Below the pieces are notes generated by a model. It was not told the origin of the DNA, made no database searches, and saw nothing but the letters and a program-made list of their open reading frames with translations. From assembly GCA_964631575.1 (NCBI GenBank), contig CAZVYD010000002.1, positions 1 through 60,330 on the forward strand: 60,330 nt of DNA. Reading direction: 5' to 3'. The stretch's first letter is position 1. The number at the start of each line of letters is the position of its first letter. Shown here piece after piece: positions 52,797 to 60,330 of this stretch. The position numbers and the translations under genes are program-made. This DNA comes from an uncultured Candidatus Bathyarchaeia archaeon (GTDB lineage Archaea > Thermoproteota > Bathyarchaeia > 40CM-2-53-6 > JALHTG01).

Positions 52797-53195
52797 TCAG
52801 ACGCTTGTCTGTGTCTTCGCGGCCTGTCTCTGATAATGGGCATCATCCTTTCGCGGACCGAAGCTTCGGATGCCTTGCATCTTGAGCTGATCTCTCAGCG
52901 CAGTAGCGTATTCGGTTGTGATCTCCCCCTTAGACTCTAAGTAGCCGATTGTGTCAAGTGCATCCTTCTCGTTATCACATCGCCTAAGATAGTCGATTGC
53001 AGTTGGGGTACACCCGCTGGAATCGCTTGCAGCCTTGTTAGCTTCCTCCGAAACAGATCTAACAGAATCTATCCGCAACCTAATGTCACCGCTCTCAAGC
53101 TCTCCAGCAAGGTGAGGGAATCTTCGCTTAAATTCCTCCCATTTCATGTTGGCCACGAGCCATGCCTCCACGCTCTCTTGATGGTCAGGAATCAC
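52797..53195 (-). CDS. Conserved archaeal protein (DUF2095-like)
   Basis: EEFKRRFPHLAGELE..., PTAIDYLRRCDNEKDALDTIGYLESKGEIT...RSFGPRK resembles my recollection of the DUF2095 pattern. It overlaps the glmU-like gene by 4 nt. Confidence 0.5.
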   Translation of the reverse strand: MIPDHQESVEAWLVANMKWEEFKRRFPHLAGELESGDIRLRIDSVRSVSEEANKAASDSSGCTPTAIDYLRRCDNEKDALDTIGYLESKGEITTEYATALRDQLKMQGIRSFGPRKDDAHYQRQAAKTQTSV

Positions 53196-54490
53196 ATCTC
53201 TTCAAATCTGTGCTTCAAGATGACCCTGCTTCCGGGCGGAACATCGTGATCGAGAGTCACGCCCGGGCCGATGAGCGAGCCTGATCCGACCTTCACACCC
53301 GGCATGATGCTAGCATTGACTCCTGTCTGCACTTCGTCTCCCAAAACCGCTCCGAGCTTCCTCCTGCCGCTATCGACTAGATTCCCGGAAAGGATCATCT
53401 TCACAGGCTTTCCATCAAGACGGACGTTTGCTATGATCGTTCCAGCACCCAAGTTGCATCGTTCTCCAAGGACGCTGTCTCCAACGTAGGAAAGATGAGG
53501 AATCTTCGTATCGTTCATCACAATACTGTTCTTCACCTCGCATCCGTTTCCAATCTTCACGTTTCTTCCTATGCTTGTGAATGGCCGGATGTGGCAGTTT
53601 GGTCCTATCTCTGCACCACGAGATATGAGGACTGGCCCCTCAACACAAGCTCCGGATCTTACGACCGCCTCGTTCTGCGCAACTACAGGCCCAATGAGTC
53701 GCGCACCTTCCTCGATTCTTCCCTCGATGTTCGGCTTGATGTTCCTTAGAGCCAGCTCATTCGCCTCAAGAAGATCCCAAGGTCTACCAATATCTTTCCA
53801 AGTCCCTCCTTCCAGCTCAGTCACCCTAACCTTTGACCCGCTGTCTACTAGTATTCTCAAAGACTGAGTGATTTCGAACTCGTCTCTCCTTGACTTGATG
53901 GTTTTCCCGATGGCTCCAAATATCTCTGACGAAAAAACAAAGATGCCCGCATTCGCTAGGTTGCTGACAGACTCCCCAGGCTGTGGCTTCTCAACCACAG
54001 ATTTCACATACCCATTCTCTATCGTGACTACACCAAAGAACTGCGGAGTCGAAACCGGAACGACGGCCATTGCGGCCGTACAATGGTCCTTGTTGAAGCT
54101 TTCTCGAACTCTCAGTATGGCATTGTGGGCGACATAGATGTCACCATAAAGCACGAGGAAGGGCTCCTCGTCGACGAAGTCTTGTGCCATTCCGATCGCG
54201 TGGGCCGTGCCCAAGACAGCCGGCTGAACCGCGTAGCTTATCATAAGTCCTCGATTCTTTCCGTCGCCAAAATGCTGCCGGATTACATCCTTCCATTGAC
54301 CAACAACGAGAAGAACATCAGATATGTTGCATGCCGCTAGGTTGTCTATCAGGTGCTCAAGAATCGGCTTGCATGCAATCGGGATCAGGTGTTTTGGTCG
54401 GCCATCAGTTAGAGGCTGGAGCCGCACTCCTTCTCCCGCTGCGAGGATGACAGCCTTCAACTCTGGTTCTCTCTTGCTATGTCTGAGCAT
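53192..54490 (-). CDS. glmU: Bifunctional sugar-1-phosphate nucleotidylyltransferase/acetyltransferase (GlmU-like)
   Basis: N-terminal KAVILAAGEGVRLQPLT..PKHLIP, and a C-terminal left-handed beta-helix of hexapeptide repeats (IGPNCHIRPFTSIGRNVKIGNGCEVKNS...). Confidence 0.8.
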   Translation of the reverse strand: MLRHSKREPELKAVILAAGEGVRLQPLTDGRPKHLIPIACKPILEHLIDNLAACNISDVLLVVGQWKDVIRQHFGDGKNRGLMISYAVQPAVLGTAHAIGMAQDFVDEEPFLVLYGDIYVAHNAILRVRESFNKDHCTAAMAVVPVSTPQFFGVVTIENGYVKSVVEKPQPGESVSNLANAGIFVFSSEIFGAIGKTIKSRRDEFEITQSLRILVDSGSKVRVTELEGGTWKDIGRPWDLLEANELALRNIKPNIEGRIEEGARLIGPVVAQNEAVVRSGACVEGPVLISRGAEIGPNCHIRPFTSIGRNVKIGNGCEVKNSIVMNDTKIPHLSYVGDSVLGERCNLGAGTIIANVRLDGKPVKMILSGNLVDSGRRKLGAVLGDEVQTGVNASIMPGVKVGSGSLIGPGVTLDHDVPPGSRVILKHRFEEM

Positions 54491-55833
54491 AAGCTGTAGC
54501 TTGTATTGAAAAGATCTTCCGCAAGCCTTTCAGATTTGGCTTCGACAGTGACTCGTATGGCAGGTTCGGTACCGCTGGGTCTTACCAAGACCCAACCTGC
54601 CGGAACCTTGACACGAATCCCATCAATCTCCGCAATCTCGGTCTTCTCGCCCAGAACTCCCGGAAGGTTCGAAACTATTATCCTCATTACCTCGGGCTTC
54701 ACTCTGTCCTGGCACGGAATCTTTCCCCTTTTCATAGGATATCTTGTAACTTCTGAGAAGAACTCGCGTGTAGTCGTGCCTTTTTCCTCAAGGGCCTTCA
54801 ACAGGAGGATAGAAGAAAGAACTCCGTCGGGGCAGAGGTGGAAATCCGGATGAATCCAGGCCCCGCATTGTTCTCCTCCAAACAATGCCTTTTTCTTCTC
54901 AATGGCTTCTGCAACGTTTGCATCGCCTACTTTCGTCCATATCACTTGTCCTCCGCTCTTCTCCACAGCTTCCTGAACACCCAAGGAAGTGTCAATCGGC
55001 AGAGCCACGCCTCCTTTCCCTTGTTTCTGAAGCATGTGGGATGCGAAGGCCGCTAGCGCCACATCTCCGTCAACACATTGCCCTTCTTCGTCAATGACGA
55101 AGACTCTGTCAGCATCTCCGTCATAGGCGAATCCGATGTCACAATCCATCTCTCGGACTGTCGTCACTAGCGCAGACAGGGATTCCGATGTTGGTTCGGG
55201 GCTTCTTCCTGGGAAGACTCCGTCGGGCTGGGCATTGAGAGAAATGATGTGGCAACGTAACGATCGAAGAAGGCCAAAGCCGATCTGGTATGCTGCTCCT
55301 GATCCGAAATCCACTGCCACCTTCCAAGCCTTTTCAAGCTCTATTCGATTGAGAATCTCTTCGACATATCGAGATGAATGATCAGCCGAAGATACCTCCC
55401 CAAGTTGATCCCAACTTGCGCAAGGGAGGCTCTCGTCGCCAAGGGCAGGTTCAATTTGGCTCTGAAGACCATCGTCGTATGCCTTTCCGTTTCTGTCGAA
55501 AAGCTTGATTCCGTTGAATTCAGGCGGGTTGTGACTGGCGGTGATCATAGCACCTGACACTGCTCCAAGTGACCTCGTTAGGTATGCGAGAACGGGTGTC
55601 GGGAGGACTCCAAGGTCTGTGACGTCTAACCCTCCAGCTAGGGCGCCTGCCAGAATTGCGGATGACAGCATCTCCCCAGAGGTTCTCGTGTCTCTGCCTA
55701 AGGTTAGCATACCCTTCTTGAGCGTGTTGCCGAGCGCTATTCCTAGCCTCATTGCGAGAACCGGTTCGAAATCAACGTTTACGACGCCTCTGATCCCAGA
55801 GGTGCCGAAGAGTCTGGGTTTGTGGGCCTGCAT
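54457..55833 (-). CDS. glmM: Phosphoglucosamine/phosphohexose mutase
   Basis: LFGTSGIRG, active-site TASHNP, metal site AYDGDADR, and GEQCG. Confidence 0.85.
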   Translation of the reverse strand: MQAHKPRLFGTSGIRGVVNVDFEPVLAMRLGIALGNTLKKGMLTLGRDTRTSGEMLSSAILAGALAGGLDVTDLGVLPTPVLAYLTRSLGAVSGAMITASHNPPEFNGIKLFDRNGKAYDDGLQSQIEPALGDESLPCASWDQLGEVSSADHSSRYVEEILNRIELEKAWKVAVDFGSGAAYQIGFGLLRSLRCHIISLNAQPDGVFPGRSPEPTSESLSALVTTVREMDCDIGFAYDGDADRVFVIDEEGQCVDGDVALAAFASHMLQKQGKGGVALPIDTSLGVQEAVEKSGGQVIWTKVGDANVAEAIEKKKALFGGEQCGAWIHPDFHLCPDGVLSSILLLKALEEKGTTTREFFSEVTRYPMKRGKIPCQDRVKPEVMRIIVSNLPGVLGEKTEIAEIDGIRVKVPAGWVLVRPSGTEPAIRVTVEAKSERLAEDLFNTSYSLCSDIARENQS

Positions 55834-55918
55834 AGCTGCATGTCAGATAGTGAGGATGAGGTTATTTCGTGTTTCGGCTAAGATGGAAGAGGCATCTGGG
55901 AATCTCAAGTTTGGGTTG

Positions 55919-56599
55919 CTAGTTCTTCTTGACCTGTATGACCCTTTCCTCAAGCGCAGGAGAAAGCTTCGTCAACCTCGACTTTCTTACACCAACATGC
56001 CTCAACGGCGCGATCTTCTTCGCTTCGTTGTAGATGTCAGATCCGACCTTGCCGAGAACTACTTCTTGTGAAAGCTGATCATAGGTGAGACTCCTTGCCT
56101 TGTCCTCAACAATCTTCCGCATAACACTCCTGACTGCATGCTGCTGTGAAGCATTCAGTCTACCGCGAGCGAATGCAACGATTGAAACCATAGTGGCAAA
56201 ACCATCCTTCGTCGTGACTTCGGCGATGCAGTCAACCCTTGAGCTTCCGCGCCTAACCAAGCTTCTAAGATAGTCAGCAGAATACTCATGGCCCTTCAGC
56301 GTCGTCTGCGCCCTGTCTCCTTCGACACCTGTGATGAGGAAGTATAGCTTGGTTGATTGATGGGCAAAATCTCCCGTGATGTCGTACAACGTGTTCTCAA
56401 CGACCCTACCGACCAATTTCGATTGACTGTCGCAGGGAATCTGAGCAACGTTCAGCTCGCCGAAATACGACGGAGTGTACACTGAATACCAATCCTTAGA
56501 ACGCCATTTGTCCCTAACCTTCTTTGGTGCTTTCGACAAGGCTTTTCCTCTGCCGGAAAGCGTTCCTACTCGGGTTACCGCTTTAAAAACGTTTGTCAC
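55919..56599 (-). CDS. rps3ae: Ribosomal protein eS1 (S3Ae)
   Basis: KKVRDKWRSKDWYSVYTPSYFGE and an overall length of 226 aa. Confidence 0.9.
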   Translation of the reverse strand: MTNVFKAVTRVGTLSGRGKALSKAPKKVRDKWRSKDWYSVYTPSYFGELNVAQIPCDSQSKLVGRVVENTLYDITGDFAHQSTKLYFLITGVEGDRAQTTLKGHEYSADYLRSLVRRGSSRVDCIAEVTTKDGFATMVSIVAFARGRLNASQQHAVRSVMRKIVEDKARSLTYDQLSQEVVLGKVGSDIYNEAKKIAPLRHVGVRKSRLTKLSPALEERVIQVKKN

Positions 56600-56628
56600 A
56601 CTCGATGAGTTGCCAAGTCTGTTTGCGT

Positions 56629-56874
56629 TCAGGTGATAGATGCCGATTTCAGGGCTTGTTCAGCAGCTTGGGCACATTTCAGAAGATCGTCAATCGTGGA
56701 CATCAAGGTCTCTACTTTCCCTGAGAACTCGATATCCGTAACGATCTCAGACCCTCTTGCCCTTGACGATATCTTCATTCCTTGCGGCACTAGCGAGTTG
56801 TCAGGGTTGAGCGCGCATGCGATAGCATCTGCCTCCTCACGGCTCTCAGCTTTGAGCGTTATTTTCGCTTTCAA
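56629..56874 (-). CDS. Second Pcc1-like small protein (candidate KEOPS Pcc1 paralog)
   Basis: 81 aa: KITLKAESREEADAIACALNPDN...IVTDIEFSGKVETLMSTIDDLLKCAQAAE fits the Pcc1-family layout (A..I..AL.PD, ...L..T.DD.L). It overlaps the RecJ-like gene stop. Confidence 0.55.
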   Translation of the reverse strand: MKAKITLKAESREEADAIACALNPDNSLVPQGMKISSRARGSEIVTDIEFSGKVETLMSTIDDLLKCAQAAEQALKSASIT

Positions 56875-58316
56875 CGCTTCTCCCTCAACATCCGTGAAAT
56901 ACTAAGGTCAAGCTCGCGCAGAAACAGTTTCTCGGAATCAGCTGGAATATTGCCGCCAGCGGCGATGTCATGGCCTCCACCGGAACCTCCATGCGCGGGG
57001 GTAAGCTCTTGGAGGGTCTTTCCCAGATTCACTCCCGATATGACGAGCTGCTCTGTTCCTCGGGCTGAGATCTTCAGATCACCTTCACTCGTTCTAGCCA
57101 AAACCAGCAAAGCCTTCATGGGGTCAAAGATGCCTGAAGAAACCAAGATTGTTGAGATACTTCCCGTCATGTTCTCGTCTATTGTTCCTTCGCCGTGTAC
57201 CACATAGATCCCTTCAAGTTCTTCGATGCGATCCTGGGTTTCGGTCACCCAAGTCATATACTGTGCTATGGTCTTCCTATATTCCGCCAGAACTTCCTGT
57301 CCTTCGTCCATGACGCTTCCCCTCTCTCCTAGGCAGATGCTTATGGCGAGTCCCTGCCGGTTCATCCTGCCGCAGGCGTTGAGAAGTGACGAGAACTCTC
57401 TTGCGTCGCGCGTAGGCATGCCCCTCTCCTCTTTCGGCAGAGTATACACAGTGCCAATCAGATTCAGGGCTACTTTTCCGGCAACACCCTTGGAGGAGAC
57501 GGCTTGGATTATTGCAGATAGGAGATTCTGCTTCTCTCCGTCGCTCAGATCTGCAAGCGTTCTCCATCTCTCATCCTTCTTGACAGCTATCCCGGCTGAT
57601 GTTACTAGAGAGAGGCATCGGTCTTCTTGGCCGCTAAGTCCAGGGAGGAAGGGATTTGATGTGTACGCGAGTGCCTTATGGATCGGCCTTGTCTCCCTTC
57701 CGTAGAGAACAAGGTCTCTGTCAAGCTTGAGACATCCTGCCTTTGCGCCGTCTTCTGCTATGACCGAATTGAGCCCATGCAGCGATCGTTTCTCTCCTCG
57801 ATCCTGCATATCTCCCAAGGCTCCTACGACACCAAGAGCGGACAGGTCCAAGTTGTTCGCATCCGTCGCCCGAGCGACAAAGTATGCTATTCCCGCACCG
57901 CTGATCTCCCTCGCTCCGTCGAAGCCAAACGTGTGTGGATTGACTTGGATGATCTTCTCCTCTGGGTTGCCGACCGGCTGATGGTGATCAAGAATCAGGG
58001 CCCTCTTTCCTACTTTCGAGTTTAGTAGCTCAAGCATCCCGCTTCCCATGTCGGCGAGAACTGTGAGGTCTGCGGTGTCAATCGGGGCCTGATTCATGGT
58101 CCGCTCATCCAAGCCGTCTATTGCACGTATGTGCATTGAGGCATCAAGCCTGCTTAACGCTGCTCCGAGTATCCCTGCCGAAGCCAATCCATCAGTGTCG
58201 AAGTGAGTCAAGACGAGGATTTGCGATCCCTTTTTCGCTGCCTCTGAAAGAAGGGAGGCGGCTTCAGACGCACGTGCCTCAAACGAATTTCGGTCAGGTT
58301 CTTTCACACTAGACAA
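56871..58316 (-). CDS. RecJ/Cdc45-like DHH-family protein
   Basis: VLTHFDTDGLASAG, LADMG, LILDHHQ and a C-terminal GGGHDIAAG. It lies in the S15 / RecJ-like / S3Ae neighbourhood that recurs in archaea. Confidence 0.8.
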   Translation of the reverse strand: MSSVKEPDRNSFEARASEAASLLSEAAKKGSQILVLTHFDTDGLASAGILGAALSRLDASMHIRAIDGLDERTMNQAPIDTADLTVLADMGSGMLELLNSKVGKRALILDHHQPVGNPEEKIIQVNPHTFGFDGAREISGAGIAYFVARATDANNLDLSALGVVGALGDMQDRGEKRSLHGLNSVIAEDGAKAGCLKLDRDLVLYGRETRPIHKALAYTSNPFLPGLSGQEDRCLSLVTSAGIAVKKDERWRTLADLSDGEKQNLLSAIIQAVSSKGVAGKVALNLIGTVYTLPKEERGMPTRDAREFSSLLNACGRMNRQGLAISICLGERGSVMDEGQEVLAEYRKTIAQYMTWVTETQDRIEELEGIYVVHGEGTIDENMTGSISTILVSSGIFDPMKALLVLARTSEGDLKISARGTEQLVISGVNLGKTLQELTPAHGGSGGGHDIAAGGNIPADSEKLFLRELDLSISRMLREKR

Positions 58317-58758
58317 CTGAGGCAGCCATCAACTTGTATTCCCATTGGCGGGGCAAAACTCCCTCTTCTTTGTAGTACTTGCTCAGCCGGTATATCTTTG
58401 ATTCGATGAGTGCAAGTGAACGCTTTGCGATGCTGTCCGACTTGTTTCTCTCCAAGTGCCTTCTAGCTCTCTCTGCTTTCTTCATCAGTGTCTCTAGGTC
58501 TTCGGGGATCTTGAAGGTGATGTCAGAGGATTTCAGGGCTTCTTGAAGGGTCTTCCCAACGATTGGCTTCACGAGTGGAATTCCATACCTATCGCGTAAT
58601 ATTGTCCCGATTGTGCTGGCGTTGTTTCCTTCCTTCGCGAGTTTCACTACTAGCGCCTCAACCTCCTCTGCATTGTACTTGCACCAAGCCGGGGGCTTCT
58701 TGCTCAGAGGTCTAGTAGAACCGGATCTTCCTCGTTTGTGTGAATACAGTCTGGCCAT
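58309..58758 (-). CDS. rps15: Ribosomal protein uS15 (S13e type)
   Basis: MARLYSHKRGRSGSTRP..., GIPLVK, and C-terminal KIYRLSKYYKEEGVLP..W.Y. Confidence 0.9.
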   Translation of the reverse strand: MARLYSHKRGRSGSTRPLSKKPPAWCKYNAEEVEALVVKLAKEGNNASTIGTILRDRYGIPLVKPIVGKTLQEALKSSDITFKIPEDLETLMKKAERARRHLERNKSDSIAKRSLALIESKIYRLSKYYKEEGVLPRQWEYKLMAASVV

Positions 58759-58824
58759 GTCAAGTCTGCCTTGTTTTATTCCCCAGATGGGGTTCGGATC
58801 ACCTATGAGCGAAACGCTCTCTAT

Positions 58825-59406
58825 TTAAGGTTTGATTGACTCAACGAACCATCTGCCAAACTCTCGGAAAGCCCTCGCTCTATGGGAGTATCTCCCCTTC
58901 TCTGCAGTTGACATTTCACCAAACGTTCTCTGTTTCTCTCCTTCGACGATGAAGATGGGATCAAACCCAAAGCCTCCTGTGCCTCTAGCCTCAGTCGCTA
59001 TAACGCCTTCTACCGTTCCGGAGAAGCAGACAGGTTCACCAGAAGGTTCGCAGAAGGCAACCACGGACACAAACTTGGCTTCTCGGTCAGGGCATCCGCT
59101 CAGAAGCTTCAGAACGCCATCGCAGCCCAACTTCTTGAAGACGAATGATGAGTAAGGTCCAGGAAAGCCGTTCAAGGCATCAACGAACAGTCCGGCGTCT
59201 TCGACGACTGTGGCAATATTCGCTTGTGAAGACGAGGACTTGGCAGAATGTTTGGCTATCTCTTCGATACTGTCAGATTGAATCTCCAATGCTCTTCGGC
59301 CTAGGAACGCCAGTTTGATTCTGTACTCAGCCAAAACCAATTGCGCTTCAAGGAACTTGTTCATATTTGAAGTGGCGAAGTGAATCTCAAGCTTGTCTCT
59401 CTGCAA
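58825..59406 (-). CDS. Non-canonical purine NTP pyrophosphatase (HAM1/RdgB family)
   Basis: FATSNMNKFLEA, EDAGLFVDALNGFPGPYSS, GFGFDPIF and SHRARA. Confidence 0.85.
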   Translation of the reverse strand: MQRDKLEIHFATSNMNKFLEAQLVLAEYRIKLAFLGRRALEIQSDSIEEIAKHSAKSSSSQANIATVVEDAGLFVDALNGFPGPYSSFVFKKLGCDGVLKLLSGCPDREAKFVSVVAFCEPSGEPVCFSGTVEGVIATEARGTGGFGFDPIFIVEGEKQRTFGEMSTAEKGRYSHRARAFREFGRWFVESIKP

Positions 59407-60034
59407 AGTATCTCCCTCTCTTCTCTATCTCCCTAGCTCTCCTGAGCACGACATCTGCCAGTTTGGGTCCTAACTGTGACCGATAGCCATTGACCACTGA
59501 TCTGAAGCAAGGTTCGGCATAGGTGAAATGAGTACTATTCAATGCGCGTCTTACAAGGTGCATATCCACGCCTCTGTCTTCTGTCTGGCCTGAGTGGAAG
59601 CTCAATCCGAAGTCGATGAATGAAACATTTCCTTCATCGGTGAGTATCATGTTCGAGGTGGTCAGGTCTCCGTGAACCAGCTGGTTTCCATGCAATCTCC
59701 CGATCAAACTTCCAACCAAATGGCAAAGAGAGGCCCTTCTCTTCGGAGACATTACTGCGAGAGCTTCCTTCAATCTTGGTCCTTGCAAGAACTCCATGAA
59801 GATTCTGCAGTTCTGTTCATCAATCAAGTAGATGACAGGGGTGGGGACTCCGGCCTTCTTTGCTTCATGAATCATTTGTGCCTCGCGGATGGTTCGGTAT
59901 CGTCTGATCTGATGGTCCAAGGAACCTAGTCTGTAGGACTTCTGTATTCTTTCCTTCACTATGACCTCTTTACCGAGCCACTTAGTCAAGTAAAGGTTGG
60001 CCTCAGCTCCCGTCTTGATAAGGCGAGCTTCCAA
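59387..60034 (-). CDS. bud32: KEOPS kinase/ATPase subunit Bud32
   Basis: GAEANLYL..., VKERIQKSYR, the HEAKKAGVPTPVIY hinge region, catalytic HGDLTTSNMIL and IDFGLS. TTG start. Confidence 0.85.
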   Translation of the reverse strand: MEARLIKTGAEANLYLTKWLGKEVIVKERIQKSYRLGSLDHQIRRYRTIREAQMIHEAKKAGVPTPVIYLIDEQNCRIFMEFLQGPRLKEALAVMSPKRRASLCHLVGSLIGRLHGNQLVHGDLTTSNMILTDEGNVSFIDFGLSFHSGQTEDRGVDMHLVRRALNSTHFTYAEPCFRSVVNGYRSQLGPKLADVVLRRAREIEKRGRYFAERQA

Positions 60035-60212
60035 GTGCTACGCTTCCATGGTTCCTCGAATGCTGTTACTTGAATGAAGTTGCAGTAGAAAACGTTTGTG
60101 AGCTGAGCCTTTTTTCAATCAGTAGTTGCCTGAAGTACGACACTGTGAACCAACACTTTTATTGGACCAGCACCAACCTAGGTCGAAGCGATGGTACCGG
60201 AGAAAGCAAGGA

Positions 60213-60330
60213 ATGACCCAAGACTCTGCGGATCCTTCGAAGGAAGGCGGGCACACTTGGCAACAGCCGGAATGTAACATTGGCACGCTAGGCCACGTGG
60301 ACAACGGTAAGAGCACTTTGGTCCAAGCCT
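60213..60330 (+). CDS. eif2g: Translation initiation factor aIF2 gamma subunit, 5' partial (runs off the window)
   Basis: ATG 60213 gives MTQDSADPSKEGGHTWQQPECNIGTLGHVDNGKSTLVQA, i.e. the QPE.NIG..GHVD.GK(S/T)TL G1 region of aIF2-gamma. Confidence 0.8.
   Translation, partial: MTQDSADPSKEGGHTWQQPECNIGTLGHVDNGKSTLVQA

Overview
This is an archaeal chromosomal window, densely packed with housekeeping genes. The marker set points to a TACK-type lineage: eL13, a short ERCC4/XPF nuclease, a crenarchaeal-like aEF-2 N-terminus and an exosome/proteasome superoperon. The window also carries a complete archaeal acetyl-CoA decarbonylase/synthase operon (cdhABCDE) with nickel-maturation genes (two cooC, one cooT-like). 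The lineage assignment is an inference from gene content only.

Main blocks, left to right:
- A tautomerase and an MFS transporter.
- A ~4.2 kb islet (vapBC, an orphan Mo/W-bisPGD oxidoreductase, a DUF998 protein) bounded by a tRNA gene and a 16-nt copy of that tRNA's 3' end.
- aEF-2, FEN-1, DNA ligase, a diphthine-ammonia-ligase-like gene, MtaD, PHI and XPF.
- A three-subunit 2-oxoacid:ferredoxin oxidoreductase, a USP and ECF transporter energizing modules.
- The exosome superoperon: psmA, SBDS, rrp4/41/42, L37Ae, Brix, Pcc1, pfdB.
- A PAS/GAF histidine kinase with a receiver protein.
- Two tandem Thr-rich surface proteins.
- cooC/cooT, cdhABCDE, RNase P protein subunits, pth2, L13e/L15e, trxB, an Obg-like GTPase, a GlmM/GlmU pair, S3Ae, a second Pcc1-like gene, a RecJ/Cdc45-like gene, S15, an ITPase, Bud32 and the start of aIF2-gamma.

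The strongest finding is that the aEF-2 gene cannot be read as one ORF. Its TTG-initiated first 21 codons and its P-loop body lie in different frames, separated by 29 nt that fold into a bulge-helix-bulge-like motif. Removing them recreates the universal ...QIRNIGIIAHVDHGKTT... sequence exactly. The inferred cut geometry matches the 20-nt intron of the tRNA-Gly(CCC)-like gene 2.3 kb away. I therefore propose a splicing-endonuclease-type intron in a protein-coding gene.

No CRISPR array, rRNA, transposase or integrase was seen.
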